Source: Ignavibacteriota bacterium
GTDB lineage: Bacteria > Bacteroidota > Ignavibacteria > Tepidaquicellales > OLB5
NCBI GenBank assembly: GCA_003820375.1
Contig: RPQH01000010.1
Coordinates: 1,814 to 65,813, forward strand
DNA: 64,000 nucleotides
Direction of reading: 5' to 3'
Every line of letters begins with the position of its first letter. The stretch's first letter is position 1. This document shows, one piece after another, positions 10,530-20,199 of the stretch. The position numbers and the translations under genes were made by a program. Below the pieces are notes generated by a model, which was not told the DNA's origin, searched no databases, and was given only the letters and a program-made list of their open reading frames with translations.

Positions 10530-12728
10530 ATGAGATTAATCATTATATCTAACCGGCTTCCTGTAACTGTTGAAAAAAAAGATAAAGATTTTATTCTGAA
10601 GGAAAGTGTAGGCGGTCTTGTTTCAGGCATTAGTGCTTATTTAACCTCACTGAAAAACACATCCGACAAGCATGCAGAATATATCTGGTTCGGATGGCCG
10701 GGTATTTCCATAAATAAAGATGAACAGGCAAAGCTTAAAGAAAAAGGGAAAGAATTAAATATTCACCCGATTTTTCTTAAAGAAAATGTAATGGAAAAGT
10801 TTTACCTTGGTTTCTGCAATAAAACTATCTGGCCTTTATTCCATTACTTTCCCGTTTATACTGTTTATGATGAAGAGTATTGGGATAATTATAAATTTGT
10901 AAACGAGAAGTTTTGCGAGGAAGTTGTAAGTTTTGTTCAACCTGATGATATTATTTGGGTACACGATTATCATCTAATGCTTCTCCCACAATTACTGAGA
11001 AAAAAACTGCCTGATGCGAATATCGGCTTTTTCCTTCATATACCATTCCCTTCTTATGAAATATTCAGGATGCTGCCTGTTCTTTGGAGAAAAGAGCTTG
11101 TTGAAGGTTTGCTTGGTGCTGACCTGATAGGATTTCATACACATGATTATACGAAATATTTTATTAACGCTGTTATAAGAGTATTGGGATATGAAGCAAG
11201 CTTTGGTAATATATTAACCCCGGACAGATTAGTAAGGGCAGATACTTTCCCGATGGGGATTGATTATGAGTCATTTGCAAAAGCGGTTGAATCCGTTGAA
11301 GCCAAAAACGAGAAAAACGAACTTGTGAAAAAATTTCACGATTCGAAAATTGTATTATCAATTGACAGGCTGGATTATACTAAGGGAATTCTAAACAGGC
11401 TGAAGGGCTATGAAGTATTTCTGAAAAATAATCCGCAATGGCACCGTAAAGTTACAATGCTTATTATTGTTGTCCCGTCAAGAATTGGAGTTGACAGCTA
11501 CAGCCAGATGAAAAGGTCAATTGATGAAAAAATTGGCAGTATTAATGGCAGCTACGGAAATATTTACTGGACACCTATAATTTACCAGTATCAGTACGTT
11601 CCGTTTTTACCCCTATCAGGTATATATAGTGTAAGTGATATAGCGTTAATAACACCGCTGAGAGACGGAATGAACCTTATAGCTAAGGAATACATGGCAT
11701 GCCGTACAGATAAAACAGGTGTGTTAATTTTAAGTGAAATGGCAGGGGCAGCAAAAGAGCTGGGTGAAGCAGTTATTATCAATCCGAATAATACAGAAGA
11801 AATAGCTGCTGCAATAAAGGATGCACTTGAAATGCCGGTCGAAGAACAGGTTAGAAGAAATAAAACAATGCAATGGAGATTAAAAAGATATAATGTTATA
11901 AGGTGGGCAGACTATTTTTTAAAGGCATTGCATAAAGTTAAAGACACACAGGAAAGCTTTCAGGCAAAGCTGCTTGACAACGATGAACAAAACGAAATCG
12001 CAGATAAATTCAAGAGCTCGGATAAAAAGATTGTTTTTCTCGATTATGACGGAACGCTTGTTCCATTTGCAAAAATCCCGGAAGCTGCGAAACCGGTAAG
12101 TGAATTAACCGATATGCTCTCAAAATTATCACGCTGTGAGAATACCACAGTTGTAATTATAAGCGGAAGAGATAAGGAAACTCTAGAGGAATGGCTTGGT
12201 GCTTGTGATACTGCTTTTGCCGCTGAGCATGGTGTGTGGGTAAAAGAAAAAGACCGTGATTGGAAAACGATGGCAAATTTTAATACGGACTGGAAGTCAT
12301 TGGTTTTTCCTATTATGGAACTATATACTGACCTACTTCCCGGCTCTTTTATTGAAGAAAAAAGATATTCTCTCGTATGGCACTACCGTAATGCAGATAT
12401 AGACCAGGCAAATCTTAAAGCTAAGGAACTTCTCGATGATTTAGTCAATTTCACAAATAATATGAATTTGCAGGTATTACAGGGAAGCAAAGTCATAGAA
12501 GTAAAAAACATTGGAATTAATAAAGGAACAATTGTTACTTATTTCCTTCGTAAAAAACAGTATGATTTTATTATGGGAATTGGGGATGACTGGACTGATG
12601 AAGATATGTTTAAAGCATTACCGGAAAATGCTTATTCTATTAAGGTCGGCTTAACCGCTTCCCATGCAAAATATAATTTACCCGATTATAATTCTGTTAG
12701 AAAGTTGATTGGAGATATAACAAAATGA
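10530..12728 (+). CDS. otsAB: Bifunctional trehalose-6-phosphate synthase/phosphatase
   Basis: SNRLP, GGLVS, WVHDYHL, DRLDYTKG, RDGMNL; HAD part DYDGTL, GDDWTDEDMF. Confidence 0.95.
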   Translation: MRLIIISNRLPVTVEKKDKDFILKESVGGLVSGISAYLTSLKNTSDKHAEYIWFGWPGISINKDEQAKLKEKGKELNIHPIFLKENVMEKFYLGFCNKTIWPLFHYFPVYTVYDEEYWDNYKFVNEKFCEEVVSFVQPDDIIWVHDYHLMLLPQLLRKKLPDANIGFFLHIPFPSYEIFRMLPVLWRKELVEGLLGADLIGFHTHDYTKYFINAVIRVLGYEASFGNILTPDRLVRADTFPMGIDYESFAKAVESVEAKNEKNELVKKFHDSKIVLSIDRLDYTKGILNRLKGYEVFLKNNPQWHRKVTMLIIVVPSRIGVDSYSQMKRSIDEKIGSINGSYGNIYWTPIIYQYQYVPFLPLSGIYSVSDIALITPLRDGMNLIAKEYMACRTDKTGVLILSEMAGAAKELGEAVIINPNNTEEIAAAIKDALEMPVEEQVRRNKTMQWRLKRYNVIRWADYFLKALHKVKDTQESFQAKLLDNDEQNEIADKFKSSDKKIVFLDYDGTLVPFAKIPEAAKPVSELTDMLSKLSRCENTTVVIISGRDKETLEEWLGACDTAFAAEHGVWVKEKDRDWKTMANFNTDWKSLVFPIMELYTDLLPGSFIEEKRYSLVWHYRNADIDQANLKAKELLDDLVNFTNNMNLQVLQGSKVIEVKNIGINKGTIVTYFLRKKQYDFIMGIGDDWTDEDMFKALPENAYSIKVGLTASHAKYNLPDYNSVRKLIGDITK

Positions 12729-13378
12729 GTAAGCCATTTCATTTTTATACCGAGTACAATCTTCCTCTTTTGCTTGGTATTAAATCAAGTAATATCCGTA
12801 ACCTTCTTGAAAATATCAGGACAGTTCCGGATGCATCAATTTATTATCATACACACAGGTTTCTTCAGCAGCATCATTTCCTTGTTCCTGAACCGCCAAA
12901 CGATTTTGCATATTGGATAAGAAATGTTTTAAATCTTACCGAACTTGGAGAAGCAACAGCCAGTATTAATATTGCATCATTAAATAATATTAATGATGTA
13001 AGACAAAAGCTGATTAAAACAATAGAAGATTACAGCAGTAAAGATTCTTCCCAGGCTAATTGTGTAAAAGGTACAGAATTCCAGTTCATGTCTTGTAAAA
13101 CTTTTTGTCTTCCTCTTGATTGTCATGCAAAAGATTTGAATGAGTTTGCTGAACAACTGGAAAGTATCAGTATTAATACTTTTTATTATCATATTTTCGA
13201 AACACAGTTACGATTAGGTAAAAACAAAAATGATTTTGCCGACTGGTTTGAAACCCTGGGGTATCATGAGCTTGCTAAAAGAGTCTCATCACTTGACCCG
13301 TACACAACTACTTTGAATGGTCTGAGAGAGGATATTTTAACTTTAATAAAAACTTATGGATCAAAATCAATTAAATGA
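12725..13378 (+). CDS. DUF5752/OrfY-like protein associated with TreT
   Basis: Duplicated 'SIYYH...NDFAYW' / 'FYYH...NDFADW' halves; overlaps both neighbours. Confidence 0.75.
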   Translation: MSKPFHFYTEYNLPLLLGIKSSNIRNLLENIRTVPDASIYYHTHRFLQQHHFLVPEPPNDFAYWIRNVLNLTELGEATASINIASLNNINDVRQKLIKTIEDYSSKDSSQANCVKGTEFQFMSCKTFCLPLDCHAKDLNEFAEQLESISINTFYYHIFETQLRLGKNKNDFADWFETLGYHELAKRVSSLDPYTTTLNGLREDILTLIKTYGSKSIK

Positions 13379-14582
13379 TTATATACCGATAGTAGGTTTG
13401 AGTGTAGTTCACGACCTGCAGGTAATAGCAGAAAAGCTGAATGGAAAAACAATAATAAATGTTAATTCAACTGCTGTCGGCGGGGGAGTTGCTGAAATTT
13501 TAACACGTATGATTCCATTGCTTAATCAGCTTGGTGTTAATGCAAAATGGGATGTCATAAAAGGAAATGAACGATTTTTCAACATTACAAAAAATTTTCA
13601 TAATGCTTTGCATGGGGTTAAGGTTGATTTTTCTCAGGACGATTTTGATTTCTTTGTTCATGTTAACCGTGAGAATATGAAGATAATGAATTTTGATGCT
13701 GATATCTTTCTCATACATGACCCGCAGCCGGTTGTTCTAATTGAAATGAAAAAAGTACTTGGAAAACACTGGGCTTGGAGATGCCATATTGATTTTACCA
13801 ATCCCCAGATGGACCTGATGGAATTCTTGAACCAGTTTATAGAACAATATGAGTACGCAGTTTTTTCTGCTCCGGCATTTTCAAGAAAACTTAGCATACC
13901 GCAAGCTTTAATTGCTCCGTCTATTGACCCGTTTAGTGATAAAAATAAAGAGCTGCCGAAGGAACAAATTAATTCAATTGTTGAAGGTTACGGTATTGAT
14001 CTCTCACGTCCCATAGTAACACAAATATCAAGATTTGATTATTTAAAAGACCCTGTTGGTGTGGTTAAAGTATATAAGCTTGTCAAGCCTTACATTGATT
14101 GCCAGCTTGTTCTTGCAGGCGGCGGGGCAACAGATGACCCGGAGGGAATGAAAGTTTTGGAAGATGTAAGAGAAGCCGCTGGTAATGACCCTGATATTCA
14201 TATTTTATTTTTACCGCCATCAAGTGATGTTGAGATAAACGCACTTCAGAGAGCATCTACAGTGATACTGCAAAAATCATTGAAGGAAGGTTTTGGACTT
14301 ACTGTTGCCGAAGCTTTATGGAAAGAAAAACCCGTTATTGCAGGCGCAGTTGGCGGAATACCGTTACAGATTAAACACCAGTATTCGGGTATATTAAGCT
14401 ATTCTATTGAAGGAACCGCATATTATTTAAAACAGCTTTTGCATGAACCGGAGTATTCAAGAGAGCTTGGTATAAACGGTAAACAGCATATAAAGGAAAA
14501 TTTTCTTATCACACGGCATATAAGAGATTATATGCTTTTGTTTTTATCATTGATGAATAAAGAGGATATTATTTATTTGTAA
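13356..14582 (+). CDS. treT: TreT-like trehalose glycosyltransferring synthase (GT4)
   Basis: NSTAVGGGVAEIL, HDPQP, WRCHID, SRFDYLKDP, EGFGLTVAEALWK. Confidence 0.88.
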   Translation: MDQNQLNDYIPIVGLSVVHDLQVIAEKLNGKTIINVNSTAVGGGVAEILTRMIPLLNQLGVNAKWDVIKGNERFFNITKNFHNALHGVKVDFSQDDFDFFVHVNRENMKIMNFDADIFLIHDPQPVVLIEMKKVLGKHWAWRCHIDFTNPQMDLMEFLNQFIEQYEYAVFSAPAFSRKLSIPQALIAPSIDPFSDKNKELPKEQINSIVEGYGIDLSRPIVTQISRFDYLKDPVGVVKVYKLVKPYIDCQLVLAGGGATDDPEGMKVLEDVREAAGNDPDIHILFLPPSSDVEINALQRASTVILQKSLKEGFGLTVAEALWKEKPVIAGAVGGIPLQIKHQYSGILSYSIEGTAYYLKQLLHEPEYSRELGINGKQHIKENFLITRHIRDYMLLFLSLMNKEDIIYL

Positions 14583-14593
14583 TTTCCGTTTTC

Positions 14594-14679
14594 TTACTCA
14601 TCCTATGACTAAACAAAATAAGTACTAATAAGTTGTAAAGATAACACAAGTCAAATAAATTAAGTCATAGGATGAGTAA
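14594..14679. repeat. 17-bp perfect inverted repeat between convergent genes
   Basis: ttactcatcctatgact / agtcataggatgagtaa with a 52-nt spacer. Confidence 0.8.
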
Positions 14680-14700
14680 AAAGAGCAGATAATAACATTG

Positions 14701-15159
14701 CTAATTATATGTCACAGCAATTTCAACTTTTTCACTTTCAAATTGCTTTGCAATCATAATATTCACTTCTTTTTCATCTTTTACCCATGCCACAAATCCA
14801 CCATAATCATTAATGTTTTCCTTTTCCTTTTTTTTGTATCCATTAGATTCTATTCTCAAAGCAAAGTCATATAAAATATTATTCCATATATCATTGGATT
14901 CAAATGTAACAACGACACCTTCTGAAGTTGTCATATGACCAATGCATTTCGAATTCATTGGGAGAGGTATATCAGATGGATAGTCAAACGGCATGCCTTC
15001 TATTAACCCCAATTCATTATAATAATTAAATTTGTTTTTCAATGTATCGGATTCGGCGGCAAATAAGTAATGTCCCGATAACATAAGCATCATAATTATT
15101 GATAAGAAATTAAAATTATAGAAGGATGAAGCTAATGCTTTCCTGTTTATTAATATCAT
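14701..15159 (-). CDS. Exported hypothetical protein, paralog of 24797..25285
   Basis: Hydrophobic N-terminus; LGLxxGMPxDYP...FES.D...NGYKK...TY shared with the paralog. Confidence 0.75.
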   Translation of the reverse strand: MILINRKALASSFYNFNFLSIIMMLMLSGHYLFAAESDTLKNKFNYYNELGLIEGMPFDYPSDIPLPMNSKCIGHMTTSEGVVVTFESNDIWNNILYDFALRIESNGYKKKEKENINDYGGFVAWVKDEKEVNIMIAKQFESEKVEIAVTYN

Positions 15160-15226
15160 TATATACTATTTCCTCAAACGTATATAAAAATATTAATAAT
15201 ATCAGTATTATTTAATTTACATTTCC

Positions 15227-15919
15227 TTAACTTAATCTTTTCATAACAGCATTTACAATCCTGTCACATCTTTCACCCAGGAACTGGAACACATCAACCT
15301 TTTCATAAACGCTCATAAGATTTTCACGGAGCATTTCTTTTGCACGGTTCAACCTGACTTTAACATTTGATTCGCTTAAGTTCAGGCACTCTGCTGTATC
15401 AGCAGTATTTATATTTTCTATTTCACGCATTATGTAAACAGTTCTGTATTTATCCGGAAGAGAATCTATCATTCTTTCAAGGTGATTTCTTAACTCATTG
15501 TTAATTGCATGTTGTTCAGGATTTCTCATGGTTGTTGAATTTTCAGTTATTATATACTCTGAATTATTATCTTCGGAAGGAACAGGGTCTAAGTAAATTA
15601 TCTTTGCTTTATAATTATTCTTTGATGCAGATTCATTAATCAAAATTCTTGTAAGCCATGTAGAAAAAGCCGAATTACCCTTAAAATCTTTTAAATGCTC
15701 ATATGCTTTGATGTATGCTTCCTGCACAACATCTTCTGCAATATCTTCATCTTTTACAATAGCCCGCGCAATTCTGAACATCCGCTGGTTATACCTGCGC
15801 ATTATTAATTCATAAATTTCCTTTTCTCCGTTCAATATTTTCTCTATTATTTCGGAGTCAGATAACGGCTGAACATTTGCCGGTTGTGTTTTTAGCGAAT
15901 TTTCTAATGGTTTACTCAT
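15227..15919 (-). CDS. ECF sigma factor with C-terminal RCD extension (ECF29-like)
   Basis: AEDVVQEAYIKA, FSTWLTRI, SESNVKVRLNRAK; tail FQFLGERCDRIV. Confidence 0.88.
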   Translation of the reverse strand: MSKPLENSLKTQPANVQPLSDSEIIEKILNGEKEIYELIMRRYNQRMFRIARAIVKDEDIAEDVVQEAYIKAYEHLKDFKGNSAFSTWLTRILINESASKNNYKAKIIYLDPVPSEDNNSEYIITENSTTMRNPEQHAINNELRNHLERMIDSLPDKYRTVYIMREIENINTADTAECLNLSESNVKVRLNRAKEMLRENLMSVYEKVDVFQFLGERCDRIVNAVMKRLS

Positions 15920-15923
15920 ATCA

Positions 15924-15953
15924 ATTAGATTAAAAATATAACAAAAGGTTACA
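15924..15953 (-). promoter_or_regulatory. Putative ECF autoregulatory promoter TGTAACCTTT-N13-ATCTAAT
   Basis: Same motif and spacing as 16108-16137; ends 4 nt before the sigma ATG. Confidence 0.65.
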
Positions 15954-15965
15954 GATAGTATGATA

Positions 15966-16098
15966 ATTCCCGCGAATGCGGGAATCCCGGCTATTTATCT
16001 AAATTTTTCTTGCCGGTGAAAACATTTTAAATATATACAATATATATAACAATTTAATTCCTGCAACTGTTCAGGAGATTTCCACTTTCGTGGGAATT
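15966..16098. repeat. REP-like doublet (ATTCCCGCGAATGCGGGAATC type)
   Basis: attcccgcgaatgcgggaatc plus an inverted degenerate copy gatttccactttcgtgggaat. Confidence 0.75.
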
Positions 16099-16107
16099 TG
16101 CTGAATT

Positions 16108-16137
16108 TGTAACCTTTCAGTAAATCCTTCATCAAAT
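16108..16137 (+). promoter_or_regulatory. Putative ECF promoter TGTAACCTTT-N13-ATCAAAT for the DoxX-like gene
   Basis: Matches the divergent copy upstream of the sigma gene. Confidence 0.65.
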
Positions 16138-16173
16138 AGGTAATTAAAAAATATTGTACGAAAGGAAAAACAA

Positions 16174-16602
16174 ATGGATACCATAAATCAAAACCGGCAA
16201 GTAAAGGTAATTCAAAATCTTCTCAGATTTACATACGGGCTTGTTCCTGTTATTGCAGGACTGGATAAATTCACTAACCTTCTTGTTGATTGGAAAATAT
16301 ATTTAAATCCGAATCTTTCCGGTATGCTGCCGATGGGACCGGTAGTGTTTATGTATATTGTCGGTGTAATTGAAATTGCAGCAGGTATTCTTACTCTTGC
16401 TAAACCAAGGATTGGCGGATATGTTGTAATGGCATGGCTGATATTAATTGCATTAAATCTTATTTCAATGGGTGCTTATTTTGATATTGCAGTAAGAGAT
16501 TTAGTTATGTCAATTGGTGCATTTTCACTGGCTCAATTAAGTGCATTAGTAGATGAATCCAAAGAGCCGCATTATGCAAAGAACTTAGCGCATAATGTAT
16601 AG
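16174..16602 (+). CDS. DoxX-like membrane protein
   Basis: AGLDKFTNLL, GVIEIAAG, DIAVRD; four hydrophobic segments. Confidence 0.8.
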   Translation: MDTINQNRQVKVIQNLLRFTYGLVPVIAGLDKFTNLLVDWKIYLNPNLSGMLPMGPVVFMYIVGVIEIAAGILTLAKPRIGGYVVMAWLILIALNLISMGAYFDIAVRDLVMSIGAFSLAQLSALVDESKEPHYAKNLAHNV

Positions 16603-16912
16603 AGTTCATAGAGTTCGGAGAGTTTGTAGAGTTTGTAGAGTTTTTAGAGCAATTAAAGTGTCAGGTGTTAGTTTGTCCCACAGGGATTCCTTTGGGAAAA
16701 GTATGAATTAACTTAGATTATCAGATATATTTGATAAATTAAGAAAGAACTCAGATTAACAATAATTCACCTGACACAAGCGTCAGCTTAAGATGACCGG
16801 GAGATTTACAATTGCAGGAAAGCTCATGTATATCACCAATTGTAAACCTCATTATACTCTCAAACTCTCAAACTCCCAAACTCCCAAACTCTCAAACTCT
16901 CAAACTTTCAAC
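16601..16912. repeat. Composite repeat cassette: 9-mer array, 10-bp inverted repeat, palindrome, 8-mer array
   Basis: (agagtttgt)n; gtgtcaggtg/cacctgacac; tcccacagggattcctttggga; (caaactc[t/c])n. Confidence 0.8.
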
Positions 16913-18321
16913 TTCTCCACATATCCTTCATGAAACTTCTTCAGTTTCACAACCAATTCCTCAATCTCATCTTTTGGCGGCAGGAAGGTTGTGCGGAAAT
17001 GCAGAGTGCCCGGCTTCTGTCCAAATCCCGAGCCCGGAACAACACATATACCTGTTTCCTCAAGCATAGCAAGGCAGTAATCGCAGTCACGCTGTGTTTC
17101 GTAAGCAAGCTGTTCTTCGGGTGTCATGCTTGTAATATCTGCTGTATGCGGCAGTTCAAACTTCACAAAAGCATACATCGCACCCTGCGGCATATCACTT
17201 TTCATTCCTGAAATTTTGTTTAAACCTTCCCCTAAAATTTGCGCCTTGGTTTTCAGGTCGTTTAATATTCCGTCACGCTCTTTAATATATGTATCATAAC
17301 TTTCATCACCTTTTTTTGGAGGAGTAACCATCAGGTATGTTACAAGCTGACCGTCAACATTGGCACATAAGCTAATTGATTGAAGCTTAATGAATTGAGC
17401 TAAAACTTCATTTGGAATATTTCTAATCTCCAGGTATCCGCCCCTGTGCCCGCACTCACCTGTAAAGCCCTTTGATACTGAATGAAAGCTGAATAATGTG
17501 ATATCTTTTTCGCCAATTTTATTCATTACTTTTGCAAATGAGTGGAATGCAGCATTAGTAACATATACATTCTCCTGGTAAACTTCATCGGCAAAAATTG
17601 ACAGGTTATATTTCTTTGCAAAGTTTATTATCATTACAATATTTTCAAATGATAATACAGCACCCGTCGGGTTACCGGGATTAATCACGCAAATTGCAAC
17701 AGGATTTATACCTGCAGAAATAGCTTTTTCAATGCTCTCAGTTAATATTTGTTCATTAAGCTGCCATGAATTATTTTCATCAAGGTAATAACCAATCTTG
17801 CTTGCTCCGTACAGGTCTATTGTTGCACTATACAGAGGGTACTGCGGTATTGGTATCATGAATCCGTCTTTTTTATTTTTGAGCAAAGTAGTAATTGCTG
17901 CCTGCACGCCTTTGCTTGCACCATCTGTAAGTATTATATGATTTTCATCGGCAGGAATGCCGTCACGTTTAGTTATAAACTCAGCAACTGCCTGCCTGAT
18001 AAATGGAATACCAGCGCTTTGTGTATATGCACCTGTACCATGCGGCAATTGATGATAAATTTTCTTTGCCTTTTCAGCTATATCACACGGATAATTTTTT
18101 AGCTGTTCATCGTTTTTTAATAATTCCGGATATTCAAGCAGGCTTAAAACTTGCCTTATATAAGATAAAGGTTTTTGCTTAAGTGCCTGCGGATTACCTA
18201 TGTTGCAATAAATAATTTTTTTGCCCTGTTTTTCAAGTTCCTGAGCACGGATAACTATTGGTCCTCTTACAGCATATTCAGCAGTGAGGAGATTTGGATT
18301 AACGTCTTTTAATGATATCAT
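16900..18321 (-). CDS. Alanine aminotransferase, eukaryote-like class I/II PLP enzyme
   Basis: EYAVRG, CNIGNPQAL, INPGNPTG, ADEVYQ, SVSKG..GECGHRGG; likely ATG at 18321. Confidence 0.9.
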   Translation of the reverse strand: MISLKDVNPNLLTAEYAVRGPIVIRAQELEKQGKKIIYCNIGNPQALKQKPLSYIRQVLSLLEYPELLKNDEQLKNYPCDIAEKAKKIYHQLPHGTGAYTQSAGIPFIRQAVAEFITKRDGIPADENHIILTDGASKGVQAAITTLLKNKKDGFMIPIPQYPLYSATIDLYGASKIGYYLDENNSWQLNEQILTESIEKAISAGINPVAICVINPGNPTGAVLSFENIVMIINFAKKYNLSIFADEVYQENVYVTNAAFHSFAKVMNKIGEKDITLFSFHSVSKGFTGECGHRGGYLEIRNIPNEVLAQFIKLQSISLCANVDGQLVTYLMVTPPKKGDESYDTYIKERDGILNDLKTKAQILGEGLNKISGMKSDMPQGAMYAFVKFELPHTADITSMTPEEQLAYETQRDCDYCLAMLEETGICVVPGSGFGQKPGTLHFRTTFLPPKDEIEELVVKLKKFHEGYVEKLKV

Positions 18322-18456
18322 GATTGTATTAAAGTTATCCTGCAAAATAATAAATAGAAAGCAGTTAAAAAATGGAAAACTCCAAACCACAAAAATGTTA
18401 GAGAATTAAGTATGAAAAATGAAGAATTAGAAGAGATGTGCAAGACTCATAAAATA

Positions 18457-18495
18457 CCAATTTTCCAATCTTCCAACCTTTCAACCTTTCAACCT
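18457..18495 (+). repeat. Degenerate octamer array (CAACCTTT)n
   Basis: ccaattttccaatcttccaacctttcaacctttcaacc. Confidence 0.6.
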
Positions 18496-18618
18496 ATAAC
18501 TCTTCATGAAAACCAAACAATATCGGTAAAATATTTACTTATTTTATGAACCTGCAATTATTTATTATTATATTAAAACATCATTGAAAATACTTTGTAT
18601 TAACGGTATATTTGATTT

Positions 18619-20196
18619 ATGGATGAAAATCAGACTAATATGGACGGTATTAATAATGCAGGTGATAAACAGGAAGATACACCTGTTTCCGTACCGGTAG
18701 AGAAGATTATTAAAGAGACCGAAGCAGGTGCAATAAGGGAAACCGACAGCCCGGAGCTAATTGAAAAAGCAAAAGAAGTTCAGCAGGAGCAGGAATCACA
18801 GGAAACTCCGGCAGCTAAACCAAGAAGAGAACGGCCTAAAGGAGATACCATTTATTCCGATTCAAGGACACTTGCTGTTAAAATTTTAACTCGTGTTGAA
18901 AGAACGGACTCATATCTTGAGAAGCTCATTGATTATGAAATCAGCAATGAGAACCTAAACGACTATGATAAATCATTATTGAATGAGATATGCCATGGAG
19001 TTGTAAGATGGATGAGAAGGCTTGACTGGTTCCTCAACGGTTTTTACCGCGGTCAATGGGAAAAGTGCATGCCGGAAATTAAAAATACTCTTAGAGTAGC
19101 TTTATACCAGATTCTTTTCTTAAATAAAATTCCTGATTATGCCGCAGTTAATGAAGCAACTGAGTTTGTAAAAAAAATAAGCACACAAAAACATGCGGAT
19201 GTTGTAAACGGCTTGCTAAGAACTATTATCAGGACAAAAGAAGACCTGGTATATCCCACACGTGAGATTGATGAAATAAAGTATCTTGGAATAATGCAGT
19301 CGCATCCTAACTGGATGGTGAAAAGATGGATACAGAGATTCGGATTTGAAGATGCTGAAAAGCTTGCAGAATCAAATAATAAGAGACCAATCTTAACAGT
19401 AAGGATAAATACATTAAGAGCCAGGAAAGACGAGTTCCTTAACCTGCTGACAGAAAAGAATATAGTTTACAGGTTCTGCAAATATTCAAATATGTTTATT
19501 ACTTTGAGATTAATGTCAAAAATTTATCTTGATGAATTTTTTATTAAAGGATATTATACTGTACAGGATGAAAGTGCGGGACTTGCATCAATACTTCTTG
19601 CACCAAAGGAAAGTGAATTGGTTCTCGATATGTGTGCAGCACCCGGCGGAAAATCAACTCATATGGCCCAGATGCTGAACAATAAAGGGAAAATTATTGC
19701 TGTTGATAAATACGATGCAAAGATAAGAGTGATGAAACAGAATGCAGAACGGCTTGGAGCTACATGTATTGAATTCGTTCAGGATGATGCATCTGATTTC
19801 CATAATGAAGTAGTAACAACAACACGGTTTGATAAAATACTTCTTGATGCTCCGTGTTCCGGATTGGGAGTGTTATCCAAAAAGCCGGATATAAGATGGA
19901 AGCGTGAAGTTGAAGATATTATAAATTTAGCAAAATACCAGAAAAAGCTGCTTGAAAATGCCGCAAAATATTTAAAGCCGGGCGGTGCAATTGTTTACAG
20001 TACATGCACAATTGAACCCGAAGAGAATATCGAAGTGGTCAAAGCATTTCTTGCAGAACACCCTGAATTCAAAATTGACAATGCGGGTAATTATGTCAGC
20101 CAGGACCTGGTTAATGCCGAAGGGTGTATAGAAACTTTTCCTCACAGGCACAGTACTGACGGGTCATTTGCAGTACGCCTTGTGAAGGAAGGATAA
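18619..20196 (+). CDS. rsmB: 16S rRNA m5C967 methyltransferase RsmB/Sun
   Basis: NusB-like N-domain; VQDES, DMCAAPGGKS, DAPCSG, YSTCT. Confidence 0.93.
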   Translation: MDENQTNMDGINNAGDKQEDTPVSVPVEKIIKETEAGAIRETDSPELIEKAKEVQQEQESQETPAAKPRRERPKGDTIYSDSRTLAVKILTRVERTDSYLEKLIDYEISNENLNDYDKSLLNEICHGVVRWMRRLDWFLNGFYRGQWEKCMPEIKNTLRVALYQILFLNKIPDYAAVNEATEFVKKISTQKHADVVNGLLRTIIRTKEDLVYPTREIDEIKYLGIMQSHPNWMVKRWIQRFGFEDAEKLAESNNKRPILTVRINTLRARKDEFLNLLTEKNIVYRFCKYSNMFITLRLMSKIYLDEFFIKGYYTVQDESAGLASILLAPKESELVLDMCAAPGGKSTHMAQMLNNKGKIIAVDKYDAKIRVMKQNAERLGATCIEFVQDDASDFHNEVVTTTRFDKILLDAPCSGLGVLSKKPDIRWKREVEDIINLAKYQKKLLENAAKYLKPGGAIVYSTCTIEPEENIEVVKAFLAEHPEFKIDNAGNYVSQDLVNAEGCIETFPHRHSTDGSFAVRLVKEG

Positions 20197-20199
20197 AAA

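Noticed and set aside
15966-15987. Neisseria dRS3 repeat or phage att site
   Set aside because: Fits ATTCCC-N8-GGGAAT, but taxonomy and context differ and no integrase is present; treated as a generic REP
16812-17211. Plus-strand ORFs 16812..17069 and 16930..17211
   Set aside because: Derived from octamer repeats and antisense to the aminotransferase
18322-18390. N-terminal extension of the aminotransferase in the ORF track
   Set aside because: Homology-like sequence begins at the ATG at 18321
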